From positions 76,927-140,926 of the forward strand of contig NMRA01000578.1 of NCBI GenBank assembly GCA_002633005.1: a stretch of DNA of 64,000 nucleotides, in the 5' to 3' direction. The notes under the pieces are model-generated. The model ran no database searches. It was not told where the DNA came from and saw only the letters and a program-made list of their open reading frames with translations. The position numbers and the translations under genes were made by a program. The stretch's first letter is position 1, and every line of letters starts with the position of its first letter. This document shows, piece after piece, positions 1 through 15,400 of this stretch. The DNA is from Phoronis australis. Lineage: Eukaryota; Animalia; Phoronida.

Positions 1-3000
1 GGTTTTTCATGAATGCTGTTCACATTTAGGTGTGTAGATAAGACTACAATCTCTTGAAAGAATCATTGTTTCATTTTATATAACTTTCTGTGAAATTTTA
101 TTTTCGAGCACTTATTTTGTTATAATTAAGAAATATACTCTCTGTGTGTATAGTTCTAGTTACTGCCGCTAAAACAAGCCTTTGGATGTGACTAGCGTAA
201 CATTTCCAATGCTCCCAAACCCAGACCTACTATTACATGTATTACTAATCATAGCTTGTTCATGAACTCCAACCTTCTTCATGGGCCGGCAGTGCATTCC
301 TGTCAAGTTCAGCTGTGACAGACTGTAACTGTAAGCCTTGTAATGCCTCAGTTGCTTTGTGTGAAAGGTCTATTGTTGGGCTTCACCTGTCATCTGAGGG
401 ACCAGTTGTTAATTAATTGTTAAAGTGCAATGCAGCTCATGTGACAGGTGACACACAGGTGAAAATGAGCCATTTGTTGAGAAATGCAATGATGTGTTCT
501 GTATGTGGCCGTGTTGCTGATAATATTTCAAAATCCAAGAGGAAACTGTGACCAGTTCATTCAGTAAATCCACCATTTATCTCTAGGTGTTATCAGGATT
601 ATCTTAAGGGTAACATGCTTTTTGCTCCTAGTTGACCGAATCAATTAGTCATACTGATATCTAATGACAATGTTTGCCTAAGACTTTGTGAATTGAATAT
701 TTAGTCCAATTATACTGTGTCTGTTTTAGAAATAAAATGAATAGCTGGACGACTTGTCCATTGATCCTAAACTGAAGGAGTTACTCTCTCAGGAGATGTT
801 AGTGTTATGTTCAGCCATCCAATCACAGTGGGTCATGTGGAATTTTGATATGCCAATGACGGGGACAGCTAAGCTAAAATTAAATTATATGCATGTCAAA
901 ATCCAACTTTTGAACTCATAGTTACACTCTTTAGTTCCGTCTCCGTATAAGATTACTGAAATTTCTTTTCCTGTGGAATAAGAAGTCATTGTGTCTTTAT
1001 TCATTTTCACTTTCATTACAGGATGTCATACTTATTTTAGTTGCACTGGGTTAAAATGCAATCACATTGAAACTCAAAATTATTTCCTTATGGAATCATT
1101 TCAGTGCTTTTAGGCATTTTGTGTTTTCTTGAACAAAATCATTTCTGAATTTCCAAAAAGCCCCGTTTGTGTTAGGTGAAATTAAAAGAAATTGCGAACA
1201 TGACTCCAGTCATTAGTGAAATAATAGTGCTGGAAATTTTACCATTAACTGACCTGCAGCAAGGGCCCAGAACATCCCATTATTGTGCGGCTAATTTCGG
1301 TTAATGTCCCCTATTAAGCTATGAACCTGACAAAATCATGAGCAGTTTTATGTCCAGACAGGAAGTTTGCAGCTTTTTCACACATCTGATACTGAAGGCC
1401 TGTATTATTTTAGGCCATCCTGTCTGTTAGTGAAGAAAGACCTTTTGTGAAACTCTACTCTTCTGTTTGCAGACAGGGCAAAATGGTGGTCACAATTCAG
1501 TCCTGTCACGAGCATTAATTATTCAGGAGTGATTATCATGATTATAGTTTTGTGGTGTCATATCGACTGATTGAGTTTATAGAGATCTAGAAACATTACT
1601 CCCTGTTTGTGCAGTTTATGTCTCTAGAGAAACAAGGAAGTGGATATTGTGTTGTGGACAAGCCTTATTTATGTACTTAGTATGTTGTTTATGGCATCAC
1701 ATTTCTGTCCTGCTGATATCTAACAGTATGCGGTCACGCAGTGCTGACGAAATGTATTTGTTTGTCTTGCTACAGATGAATTTCGTGGTATGTTGTTTTC
1801 ATTATTGTTTGCAGGTGTTGTTTTTGTAGACAGGCGCTTTCAACTGTGTTCTTCTGTGTGCATTTCAGTTGCTCTTAATGCCAGCTTCAAATGACTTGTT
1901 GGTCACAACATGTTCCTTGTGGGTTAATCTGATTGTTTGTCACCCTTCATCCTGATTCCTCTTTGTTTGTAGCTGTATTAATTAAACACTGCTCTGGTAA
2001 CATCGCTATTACCTTGGAACGTCTCGTAGTCATCGAAGAGTGTCAATTGCTTTAATTTGCTTTCATTTAATTTTGCAACGCATCACAAAAAATCTATTGT
2101 GAAATATGATGACAAATTAACCCTTTGCTTTCTATACTATGGTCTGAGCTGGTATGTGTTTATTTGTGGCTTAACAAATCATTTCTTTCTGATTTTATCT
2201 GATTTTTGAAGTTAGTACCCACTTTTGATTTGTTGCACGTAGCTGCATAGTTCCCGTCGTACTCTAAGTGAATTCATTGCAACTATAGGCATTAGTTGCT
2301 TTCCTACTGAGAAGTTTTATTCCAGTGTGCTTTAGTGTTGTTGATTGCACATGTGAAAGCGCACTTACAATTAAAGTACATTTAAACTACTTGAAAATAA
2401 GGTAACAATACATGTTTAAGCAGAAAGTAAACTTACCCTGATTCACAGTAAATATCCAATTGAAACAGTATGAAAGTACCATATGTTTGTTGTTGGGTTA
2501 AATGGATAGATAATGTCGATTTGATGTCCCCTAGTTTGCTTTTATTCACTTTTATCATAGTTTAAGCTTTAGAGTGTGTGAATCATTCATTGGCTCATAC
2601 TGGGAACTAGGAAGCTCTTATATTGGTTCCTTTGCCCATACAGTATTAGAGGTTTTAGCTATAATTTAACAAGCAAATGTGGCATTGTATCACCAGATAC
2701 GCTACATAGTAGTGACATGTTGTACAAAGATCTTTGGTAAAATTCACCAGTTATGACATTATGTCGAGAAAATGAGCTTCATTTTGTCCCACTACTCAGC
2801 AAAAGACTGCTTTAGAACTTTTCCTTTTTAGCTTTGTTTGTGTGGTAAAATTGAGAACAGTAGTAGCAATTTTGTCAACTATAGACAATTCCAAAATGTC
2901 AATAACAGGAGTTATTTTTGTCCCAAATTGAAGGATTTCTATTGTTTTCTATTTTTGCTCATCGAGTTTAATTTGTGCTAAAGCAGCTTCAATGGCTGTC

Positions 3001-3437
3001 ATTAAATTGTGTGACCCAGTTATTTTTGTTGTGGTATTGTTTTCATGTTAAGTTGCTGAATACCTTCAATTTTTATTGTTCATCAGTCAGCATTGAAATG
3101 TATAATAAAAATGTTACTGGCTTTGATTGTGATCAATCATTCCACATTGTCTTGAACGCTGAGTTTTACAGCAGGTTATTTTCCAGAAATAGTTGTGTGG
3201 AATGTAAGACCAAATTTTGGACTTAATCTTAAGTCACCTTTCATGAAACAGACGCCTGAGTTTCGTGGCACTTTTCAATAATCGCAATTTTGTGCATATT
3301 TGTACATGTAATGTTGCACTCAGCATGTGAAAGACAGCGTGCATTTGGTAACGGGGAAAGTGTAGTGTGCGAATAAAGAACGACCTGTTACTGAGAAGGA
3401 GGCTGTTGTTTGCAACCTAATTGTCTGGCTCTTTTAG

Positions 3438-6400
3438 GATGATGACGTAGAGGCTGATTTGTTAGAAGAGGAACTTGCAGGGGAGAGAATTCCACCAGAG
3501 GGAAGGGAAGATGAAGAGCTTCTCTGTTCGCCGAGTATTGCCGGCAATACCAACAACTCGTCTAGCAACTCATCTTCTAAAGACAACAGTGAGTTTATAT
3601 GGGACCCTGCAAAATGTCCCAACTTTGGCCGACTTAGAGGTGGATGTTGGACTCGCGTACTGTGCTGATGCTTTGTTCTCCAAAATGCTTTAAAATGTCC
3701 ACTTCAGCATGAGACGTTCTCAAAAAATTGGGCTTTTACGATTTTTATATGAAAACACAAGAAGTTGGCTCAAATGAAAACGAGATGATATCTTTGAAAA
3801 CTGTTATAGCACTTTTGAGACTTCCTGCTGAACATTTATATTGAATGAAATTTGATGACAATATTCACACCACTGTTTTGCTGTGAGTGTACCTTTTTGA
3901 TAAATTTTACTCAACAGAGTGGCACAGCGTATAGTTAAAAGTCAAACTCAACTAGCTTTCTAGTTTCAGAATCTATACACTTTGTATGTATTTGACTGAA
4001 TGCACAGACTATGTCAATAAGGTCCTTTCACTTTAATATAATAATAAAAATTTCATGAAAATGTGCCCTGGCGTGCATTCAGTAACGCTAGAACCTACGC
4101 TGCCTAAGACCTAGATAAAATCTAGCCAAAGCCATGTGTTCTTATTTAAAATACACGGAAATATCTCATGTAATCTCGCGAAGTTTTGCTTTTTAGCAAG
4201 ATCCTAGTGTTACAATGGGAGGCTGGTCTTAAAACATCTCTTGGTAACCAACCCTGTTTTTTCAGCAAAATACTTGGTTACACGGTATTAATATTCTTAT
4301 TTGTTATCAAAATACCCTGTGTATTGTTCTTTTCCTTGATTTAGGCAAACTGTTTTACTGCGAATTCTGCGGAATCACTTTCCAAACAAAACGTGAGCTT
4401 GCTCTGCACTGTCGAAGTGACCTGCATCGCAAGAAGATTGTCTCCGACGAAGGGAGAAACTGGGAGTACCGACCGCCCCCTAGGGGCCTGTCTGGAGAAG
4501 AGTACTCCTTATGCCAAAGGTTTGTGTGTCAGTGAGGTGCATTGTGACTGCGTACTTCCTGTCGGGTTGTGCACATTGTTTGGTTACTATAAAGGGGTAA
4601 TAAACCATTGCCTTCTGTCAAAAATAAACTTTTGGCATTGGCTACTAAATACTTACTGACTTTGTGTTAATAAAACAAGCCTCGTCGTAATTCTTACTCC
4701 GGTTGAAAAGTACTGACAGGCCGTCATCGGTTCAGGCCACGCCCATTATGTAATTTGTCTTGGCAGGTTAGTTTCAGTCGCCAGGGCAGTATGACCGTGT
4801 AAGGGAATTCCAGGCATTTAGTTGTAACCAATTGCAATGCAAATCGAGGATAAGAACGCAATGATGTTTTTTAGAAGAGCAAATGGATGACGTGAAGAAA
4901 GTTCACGAACTCGGTTTATAGCAGCTTCAAGCTGTGTTACCCAACAGTTTAAATGATTGAATAACATTCCAAGTTGTTCCTAGCGAAGTGCAGGTGTTTG
5001 GGTGACTGTGTAAATGAGAGGTTATAGGTCATGGTATTGCCATGGGTGCACTTCGTGACCAGTTTATCAAACTAAAGGTACAGTTTACTGTTGTCAAGTA
5101 GATCCACCTTCCAAAATGTTTGGTCGGAGTCCATTTCAAAAAGGTTTTTTGTTTGTTTCACGTACTGGTCAATCCCCTGAAGCCATTCGGCTGGGTTGTA
5201 ATCTTGACAACTTTGAGCATTTTTAACTCTTCAAATTATGGCTGTCATTATCCGCCATTATGCAAAATTCTATTTTTGCTTGTAACATTCTTACTGATCA
5301 CTGCTGGTAGATTATTTCGATGTCTTCACCTGTTTCCATGAATTTAATGAAGCTATTTTAGAGGTGGATATGTCATGAAACGGTGTGATTTATGTGAAGT
5401 AGGGCCACCATTATTGAAAATAAAGAAACAATGGCATCAGTTTTATTACTAAATATTATTAGTTAAAAATGAGCAAGATGAAATCTCAAAAATGCTGCAA
5501 CAGTTGTCTAAGTTATCGTTATTTCAATTCATGCTACGTATGATTTTTTATGAAAATCAAAAAGGGCTATTTTTGATAGTCCCTCTTGCAAAAGTGGATC
5601 ATTTTAAATTTTCAACATTGTTTTGAAGACCAGTCCATAAAGCTTTGTATTTGAAAGCTCCATTTCAATCTGGTTAGTTATTTCTGAGACATAATGTTCC
5701 GTAATTAGCCAAATTTGGACATTTTTGTGGGGTCCTTAAATATTAACTCTCATTTTGATCACATGATTGGCTTCATCGTTGTGGAAATGAGCAAATGAAC
5801 GAAAACCTGGATTTTACAATTTGCACTTTGAAAATCACATAATGACAGCACAAAATCCGAAGTATTATAATTTTTGTTTACAAAGTGAAGTTTTCTGCGC
5901 AAGATGTTTCATTTCTATTCGCATGAGTAGGTAAGAAGCACCAAAATTTTTGTCATGTTTTAAAAAAATATGTTTGTATGTTTTTCTTTACCATCTGTAA
6001 CTCATTCCATTTTGCACAGGTTTGCCGACGATGGCAAGTGTCGTCTCGGCGAGCGCTGCGTCGAGGCTCACTCCCACGCAGAGCTTGCTGAGTGGAAGGA
6101 GCGTTTCGAGTACAGAAAGGGTAAAGTTCAAAAGGCCAAGGAGATCCTGTTGGTCGGCAACACCTATTCGGACCAACTGTTGGAGCGACTGATGACTGCT
6201 GACAACCCAGACACAGTGGTAGGTTCTTGTAACTTTGTCTGAGCAGAGCCCGTCAGGCACTGGTGTTCACGTGAAAGTACAGTGATTTTGTTTTAGGGTT
6301 AAGATTATCAACTAGTTTTCTTCTGCTTTGTAGTTTGTCGCTGGATTTTTAGTCCGCCTCTGTTTTTTCATCTCTGAGCTGTTGGGTCAAACATGGCAGC

Positions 6401-9400
6401 CTTTGTGCTGCTATTTGACTCTCAAATTACGCGGAAGTTGGATTAATCAATTTTGTTTCATGGGGATGAGATACTTTGTGGGATATAGTTGGTAAGTCTT
6501 GAATCAAGCCTGCCTTTTTCAGATGGTGCAGAAGTTAGACACCGTGAATTTTGTGTGCAATGATCTACTGAAGCACGTTACTAAAGACAAGAAGTTCTCA
6601 GATTCTTGGCTTTTCACCGTCACAAGCAGAGTAAGTTGTAGACACAGGTGTAAGTCTTTTTGATATCTCATTGATTTGATCACCATAATTTGTTTAATCT
6701 TATTATCGTTTATTGCATATTTTAACTGCTTCTTTATGAAAAGCACATACTGAGCTTTGTGCTATTTGTCATTTTTTAGTCTGTTATCAACAAAATGCAT
6801 AAATTAAAAAGGACATGGTGGCCAATGGGGTTTTTATCTGATGTTGGTGCATTCTTTATGACTTATCTGGGGTACCAATAACAGAACTGAATTCATGTTT
6901 TGTATGTGTTAAGTGGTGTCTCGTTTGTGCGCACTTAACCAAATTCTGTAAATCTTAAAAATGGTCAGATCTGTCTCAGTTATTGAATTCTAATTCTTCA
7001 CTTTTAGACCTCTTCAGTTGGCTAATTTGGATTTTCATTTAGGTCCAACTTGGGATAATATGTACACATGCAATGAAGCACATGTTAGTGCTTGCTGCCT
7101 GACAAGCTGTACAAATTTGTGACCCTTCTTGCTATTCGTGACACGGTAAACGATAATTTGATGACAAGGACATGCTAAAAGGGCCAGATTGGCGTTTCAC
7201 ATTGCACTGCGATTAGCTGCTGAGATTTTGGTAACTTTAAAAAAATCACTCGAGATGCAATCTCAGTGGTAATTCTTGCGGCCAATGTTGTCGTGTGGCT
7301 TGCCACGCTTGGTATAAGCCAGTTGATTCCAATTAATGTAAAGTATAATACAAATCCAGCGATGTCGCCACAGTGGTGAGTGCAGCAGTGACTATGTCAG
7401 CTGCCACTTTTGGTACGAATGAGCTTTCTGTCGGGTTTCCTTCTGTTGTCATTTTGACGGTTTGTGTTTCACTTGCAGGACAGCTTACAGAGAGTGTGCC
7501 TCCTGGATGACCAGCATCGCCACCTGTTCAATATCAACTCCATCACTGTGGGACCAAAGAAGGCACAAAAGTCTCAGAAGATCGACGATGGCTGCCAGGA
7601 GTGGACAAATCCATCGCCGCCTGACGACGCTGGACTGAACGCCCTGCAGAAGGTGTACAGGATCAAGGTCAGTGCTGAAAGTTTTAATTGATATCCAAGT
7701 AATAAAAATGCACTTTTTGTTTCCTTTTATCTTCCTGTTACCAGATAAGATTGTAAATGGATTTGTTTAAGGGACTCATCCGGGTTAGTATCCTCTGTGC
7801 TGAAATTGGGAACTCAAAAATAAGAGGATGGGCATCAAGACGAGGGTGGGAGTTAAGTTGAGGCTTGGTGTCAAGCCAAGGATGGGCCTCAAGCCAAGGG
7901 TGGGCGTCAGGCAGAGGGTGGGCGTTAATCCAGAAAAGTACGATTAGTTTAAATTGTCCTTTTATCATTATTACATCGCAGTGCTGTTTTTACTTGCTCT
8001 CTATGTCATAAAAGATATAAAAGTATCAATCTTGTTTAAAATGCGATATAATGCGTAACACATTGTGGCTTCCAGATTGCTTTCCGAACTGAAATCTATG
8101 GAACATTCCGTCAGACGATCATCTTTGATTTCGGCAGCGAGCCTGTCTTGTTCAAAGAGGTGTGTGTCGACTCTGCTCCGCTGTCCAGTCTGGAGGAGTT
8201 GACCCAGCAGGTGACCAGTCTGCTGGACATACCACGGTGGGACACGACCAAAATACCGCTTGTTGAGTTCAGCCCTGTGTAAGTGTCTGTGACTGTGTGT
8301 GGAATTGATGTAAAATGACAGTGCACAATGTTGTAGTGGTTAAAGTATTAGGTACATGACCAACAGGTTGTGATTTCGATTTTAATGAGTAAGAAAAATA
8401 ATTACGACAATCACTCGGTTCCAGATCAGCTGCTAGTCTTAAAATCCCACGCAGCGCTAATTAAGTCAAGCCAAACTCGCAATTTTCAATCCGGAATAAA
8501 TCAAATTTACGGTGATGAATCTTCCACATTCAAGTAATCAGTCCACGGTGTTATTGTGTGTAACAAGGAATGCTAAACAACCGCATTAAAGACCAAAGCA
8601 AATGGTTCCACCCCAAACATGAACCAGTACAATTTATGGTAAGAAAAAATTGAAACTAATCCTAGAACTGTTCACTCACATTCCGCGACGTTGGCCCCGG
8701 ATTCCGTGTGCTAGACTTTGGCTACTCATGTCATGTTAGGTGTCGTTTTAGTCAGACTCCGCAGCAAATCAGCAAGGGTCCTACACCGTATATGACACAA
8801 TTGTAACCATGAGACTGTCATGCTATTTCGATGGTGACTGTTCGTGGAAAGCTTCTTTTACACCTCTCCTAAACCAGTCCTCACAATCCAAGACGACCAC
8901 GTCCCTAGCATGCAATGGTATTCAAAGGTGGCACTGCACGGGGCTTCAAATCATTAGTTTATTAAAATTCACGTGACTGTGTGCAGTTTTAATTAGCTGT
9001 AAAGTACTCATCTCTCATAAGTGCTATGATGCTGGGTTTATTATTTTTACTGTGTCTATTTTGAGACTGGGTGCCTTTGAATGTTTGATTGGCCATTTTA
9101 TCAAACTTCCAACCTTGTGGATGGGAAGTTAGTGTTAGGACTACTGTCTGAGAGTGTGAACTGAAAATTTTAGCATTCCGTTGTTTGATGACTCGAAACG
9201 TTATGCACTGTATGGAAATGACGGTTGTGCTTTCGTGTTTGTATTGAGCAAAGTACTTAATGTTGTCTCAGAACATCTTTCCATTTCAATCCACATTGTC
9301 AAACATGGATTGTAAATCATAAACAACCAACATTTACGAAGTTTGGTCATATTCCAAAGTTGTAAAAGTAATTTATTTGTTTCAAAAGTACTCACTGTCC

Positions 9401-12400
9401 AAATGCCTATTTCCAGATGTTTGTCTGGTCAAAACAAAGACATGCAGAAGAAGGAGAAAGTGTTGACCTCTACCTACCCCGTACCTCACGCGGCCACCTA
9501 CAAACTGTCCGAAGCGGTGGTTAACGTCAATATGTCAAAGGACAACTACAGGGCCAGAATGCATGACCTGCTGTATATAGAAGAGATGGCGCAGTACTCC
9601 AGCATTGCCAGGTAGTTGGGTGGTGTGGTTGTTGGTTAGTTAGGCAGATATTTAGCCAGTCCATCAGCATGCACATCTCAACTTCACCCAGCTTTTTGTT
9701 GTGAGAGTGGACAGGCTATCACACTAAGCGTGGATTTCCTCTCTGGGTTTGTGTGGCATGTTACAAAATAATCCACCTTGCCTGGCTTCATTGAAATGTT
9801 GGTTCTGCCTATTTTAGTGTTTCCTTTTGGCTAATCTCTCGTTATTGAAAAAATTCCCGTTTTTAAACATCAAAATTGTCCCAGAAATAGAAAAGTTACA
9901 ACTTGTGCTAGCTTTAAACCCGAGTCCCGCAGCACACTGTCCAAACACACATGACTTGTGAACAATAACTTGAATCTGCTCCCAGCGTAATTAACACAGC
10001 CTGAAGAGAATTATTTAAGGTACAACCTCGCATAACTTGTCTTGTGATGACTCTTGTTTCATGCTTACTTCAATTTTCGACATTTTGTCTAATTCAGTCT
10101 GTCAGGGCGATGATCAGTCACTGGCTAATTACTTTGCTTGTCTGGAACTGGGGTGACCTAGACTAATTTTAACTAATTTGGGAAAGTAGTAAGTACAGGT
10201 GAACCAGCCTGTTTTAGTAAATTTGTGAATTTTGTGGTTAGGTTATAGCCAGTAAGTGGTTTGTTTGTGATTGAGAAATAATGTGTGCTTTGTAGGAAGT
10301 TAGTAATCTGTTGTTAGATATGCAGTCGGGCAGTTTTCTTGGTATCGTTGGTTAGTTCAAGACATTAAAGGAAAAAACGTTTCTTCATTTATCACTTAGT
10401 TACACTCACTGGAACGCAAACTCTCACTTTGTTTGTTGAGACGATGCGGTTTTGCGATTTAGCCACTTTAAGAGAAGCACCGAACTTTTCATTTAATCAC
10501 TTTCACGATTCCCTAACCCCTATTCTAGGTACAACGTGAAAACATGTCTGCAGCTTGTGCAGAAGTTCCTGCTAATTCCTGGACAGACGGACAAGGTGCG
10601 GCACGCCGACGAGGGGGAGCTCATCGCTCGTATGAAGTTGAACTCTGACCTATGTGAAGACACACTGCATGGACGACTGATATTGCAGAATGTTTTCACT
10701 GTTTATTTGGCCCAATATGATGGCAAGAAAAAGGTGGATCCTGACACGGTACGTTTAGTTAAATTCAGACCATTAAATCTTTGAAAAAGTTTATTTTCAG
10801 AGCATTCATTTCATTTGGCTCACTTTCATGCATGGGTGATAAGTTGAAACTTTTTTTCAAATACCAACTAAGAGCTTTCAATCTTTTAGGATTGATACAA
10901 GACTGGATCATTGTTTTATTGTTTCACTGAGAAAATTGCATTATTCTCATCTCATTGCTTTGTCTGTATTAGCAGAACTTTGTCAAGATTTACGATCTGA
11001 CTACTTGCAGATTTATGAAGCATATGTAGAGGACCGCGGCAAGGACTTTCTGATGCTGCGACTGTCAGCGCGAATGGTCTCTGACCTTGGACTGAAGCCA
11101 GACACAGAGACGTCCGTTCAGGTGCAGTTTCACCTGAACCGTGTGCCCCTATGTCAAATGCATCTGGCACTCGATCGTATCGATGACCCCAAGGTGTTGT
11201 TCCCTGATCACACAGAAAGGACACCGAGTATTCCATGGACGCCAAAAAGGTACGTCTGATTGATGTGTTACGTGTATATAATGTGTCAGAGGAAGAAAAA
11301 CAGCCAAACGTCAAATACAAGATTGTAAGTATCTTGTTTTTAAAAAGAGATCAATTGCCAAACATGAAAATTGAACCTGGTTTGGTTTACTTGTTTAGAA
11401 TTGCCAAAAGCGAAATATTACTGTTTTATTTGTCATGAGTTTGGCTGTTTTTCTCTGTTTTTCATTCATTATAAAGTTTACAACAGGCTGCATCTTCAAA
11501 GATCACGTCTATATTTAAATCTGGTTCTGGTTCATTTTACGACTATTGGGGATTTCTGAAAGACCCCACCCCCACCGATGGTGTGCTGGTGTTGGAGAAA
11601 TTACTAGTGTCTGTTTGGCTCTCTGTTGTGGACTCTCAACGGAAAGGTCATGGGTTCAGTTCCTAACTCGGTGTTGCAGTTGCCTAGTTGCAGTTGCCTA
11701 CTAGTTGCAGTTGCCTACTAGTTGCAGTTGCCTAGTGGAGTGTCCTTGAGCAAACCACTTTGCCTACATGAGTACTAGGTTAGGATACAGGACTGAGATA
11801 TGACTCATCAGCATTGGGTGCCTGCAATACATGCCAGTCCTATGTGCTGCAGGTATAATAAGAGCAAAGTGTATGTGAATACTTTGGTAATACTTGGGTC
11901 CGCCAAGCATCTATGAAATGGAACTTGCACGCTAATTCCTTATCTCTGTGATTATCTGGTCAAATTCGTTTGAAACACAACATATAGCGATTATATGAAT
12001 ATGAAGTATGTGAAAATTGCCAAGTGTTTTTAAGACGTGTTTTGTGTACAAAATAATCCACTATAAATCACTCAACTGCGTTCGATGAGTATCATGACGT
12101 GATGTTGGGGAATGCATGATGTGTGCTATGTAGTCCCCCACGGCTCGTCAGTAGTTCAAAGGTCATCTATTTGCATATTTTTTGTTTTCACGTTTACAAG
12201 TTGTCAATGAGTACAACTCCACTTTGTTTAGCATAGATGATGTTCAAGTAGCCTTGTCATTTAGTCCCTATTCATTAGCAAAGTTACGATCATGCAAATA
12301 GATGTTTAAAGTATGGGCAGAATTGTAAGCATGCAATATTATTCCTTATGCTGATGCTGCTCCAGAAATAGTCACGAACAGGGTTTCCAGATTTCAAGAT

Positions 12401-15400
12401 CCAGTTTCCTCCACTGAATAATGAGCATCAAGCTGGTTCTCAAAATCTGTTACTGCTACTCAGTCAGTGTTATTTTAATAGGTATTATTATTCTTAAAAG
12501 AACATGTTGAAATTGCAGGCAGTGGAGTCATCACATGGACAGCAAGCTGAACGCCAAGCAGAAAGAGGCTGTCGTCGCCATAACAACAAGCAGTAATGTG
12601 ACCTTGCCCCCCATTCTCGTCGTCGGCCCCTATGGTACTGGAAAAACGTACACATTGGCACAGGTTGCTAAACAGCTGCTGCTGAATGAGTCGTCAAGGA
12701 TACTGATATGCACGCATTCAAACAGGTCAGTCTGATAGTTTTATGGAGTGCTAGTCAAAAACCATTACTGGTAATTTCTGCATTATTACAGGTCTTTTCA
12801 AATTTACGTCCATGTGCTAACATTTGGAAAATTTTCCCACAATAGTCCCCATAGGCCACATTTAGGTATTTCTCAGCGCTTCGTAGGTTTTCTCAAATAG
12901 TGGTGTCAACAAGGGTCAAAAAAAGAAAGCTTTATGAGAGCCGGGACATTATTTCTGCACATTTTTTCTTGATTCACTCAGAGCTGTAACGTATTTCAGT
13001 GCTGCCGACCTGTACGTACGCGACTACTTCCACCCTGTGGTTATTGCCGGAGACTCCTCCGCCCGGCCCTTGCGTATCTACTACCGACACCGGCGTGTGG
13101 ATACAGTGGATCATGTCGTGGTGCAGTACTGCCTCATTGTCAGTGCTAGTGCCAGTGAGGTCTACTTTCGCACACCGACACGTGAGGACATAGAGGACCA
13201 CCGTATCGTCATAGTTACACTGAGCACGTCACAAGATCTGTACGATCTAGATCTGCCAAAAGGTACAACTTAATTTGGAAGAACAGCTGACGGTCATTTG
13301 CCTTCCCTCTCCAATTTTTTCCCTGCTGGTATCCAATGAAGTATTAGGGACAAGTACAAAGTTGTTAGTGACCAGAGGGGCACAAGTTGAAATGATTGGC
13401 AACCTGGGGGCACTTTGAAGGGGAGGGGGGCCAATCGAAAATTTGAAATGTTTTTGTTGCTGTGGCCTGGTTGCGCCCTTATGTAGCTAGGTTGTTGTAC
13501 CTTTACTTTGGCAAGGCAAGAAGTGTCTACCTGCATAGTAAGGAATTTGGTGGATTGATGAGACCTGCCTAGTTTATGTACTCACTTCAGGGAAACTCCA
13601 AGGTGTCTCCTGCTGTGAGGAAAATTGCAGTCTTGAGACGTTTATTGGTAGTATCACATTTGAAATGGCTGGTGTGGAATTGCCACCTGTAGATTAGTGT
13701 ATGATTGATTATACATGGTGTGCAGTATGTGAAGTTACCTTGTTGTTTTGTGAGCAGGTGTGACTGCTCAGTGGTCCTGTAGTCAAAGCCTAAGAACCAT
13801 ATCGTGAACTGAATTCTAGATCATGATGTTAAATATATCCCAGAATTCGGAATGTGTCCAGTTTCTTCTGGCATCATTGTAACACTCCTTCCCTTTGAAA
13901 CTGGGGCAGATAAAGAACCAAATGCAGGAAAATAAATAGTCTATTACTAAGTACAATTTAATGAACTCTGTCTTTTTTCACTGAATATTTTCCTTTTGTT
14001 GTGGAAAACCGCTCATTGGCACCTTGGTTTTTTGTTGAGTGCCTAGCTCTTCCCCAAGGAGGAAGAAAATGAAGAGATTGCTTTTCCAGGGATTAAATCT
14101 CAGCCTCTCTTGATACTGACAAAACTGAAGCATTTTTGTGTGACCTACATATTGTTGCAGGCTACTTCACCCATATCCTGGTGGATGAAGCTGCCCAGGC
14201 CATGGAGTGCGAGACCATTATGCCACTGGCGCTAGCAGGACCACAGACACGAGTGGTGTTGGCTGGGGATCACATGCAGGTATAGACTTTAGGCTACTTG
14301 GAATGCACAAGCTGAGAGGCTTGTTTTGACTTTGGATCCGTGGCTTTGTCAAGATTGATCCTTTATCCATATAGCATTGCATCCTTTAGAGGTATAAAGA
14401 TGGTAAGATTAGTGTAGTTGGACTTTTATAATGTAAATCAACAATCTCTTGTGTAGCTGTGTAGTGGGAGCTGAGATGTCACTCTTTGTCCTGTGGTCCC
14501 TAAGTAAAAGAAGTCAGTTCCAAAGTAAATGAATACTTTTGTTACGTGAGAATTGCCACCTCCACGTGCCCTCCAGAATATCCTGCATTTCATGAGAAAC
14601 TCGGTCCGTACCAGGGCCGTGTATACTTTGTCAATAGATTTGTACACAAGTCCCTATAGACAGAATCCTTCAATATCAGGAACACTGATCTGTCTTTTTT
14701 GGGTGGAGCAGGGCAATTACCTTATTAGCGATGACTCAGTGCAATGAAATACTGGCTGAAATAAATATAGATTATTACATGGCGAAGTCGTTATCCCCTG
14801 TTATCTAGAGCCCGAGTTAATTTTGGAGAATTATCGCTCCAAAATCCACGAGGGTTCTAGATAATTTGCTCAAAAGCAATTGAAAATTTAAACAAAATAG
14901 AAATACAATGAATCTATGAATTATGGTTTAGCAACTGTTATAGCTTACTACACATTTTATCACACTAAACTTCCACCGGGAAAATGTCTGCTAAAGTAGG
15001 TTACCACTAGTAACTGACTATAATGCTCAAGTCAAAGGATCCCGTCGACACTATACCCGCATTCAAATTGGGAGATCGGTGATTTACAAGTGAGAGAACA
15101 CGAGAGAAAGAATTAAAATATTGTTTTTATGGAAATTATGCATTTTATTTTTCATAGCGTATAAATGTCGGTGCAATGCCCTTTGCTGAACATGCGATTG
15201 TTGCGCGTGCTCATTTAAGTATTCTATTTTCACGTTCGATGACGTCAGCCGCTGAGTGGTTTAGTGGTAAAGTCGGCGACTCCAAACTCTTGAGTCCCGG
15301 GTTCAAATCCGGCCTCAGTTTCCTGCCAAAATGTGATCTCACTAGTGAGATAACTTTATGGATTATTACACGGTTCTATCTGCCATTCGAGGCTAATATT

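Noticed and set aside
745-805. Protein-like stretch LDDLSIDPKLKELLSQE as a possible upstream HELZ exon
   Set aside because: The acceptor lacks a pyrimidine tract, and the best donor gives phase 2, which hits a stop when joined to exon 3438.
15251-15319. Functional tRNA-Trp gene
   Set aside because: The anticodon stem cannot pair and the acceptor stem is imperfect. Kept only as a tRNA-like cassette.
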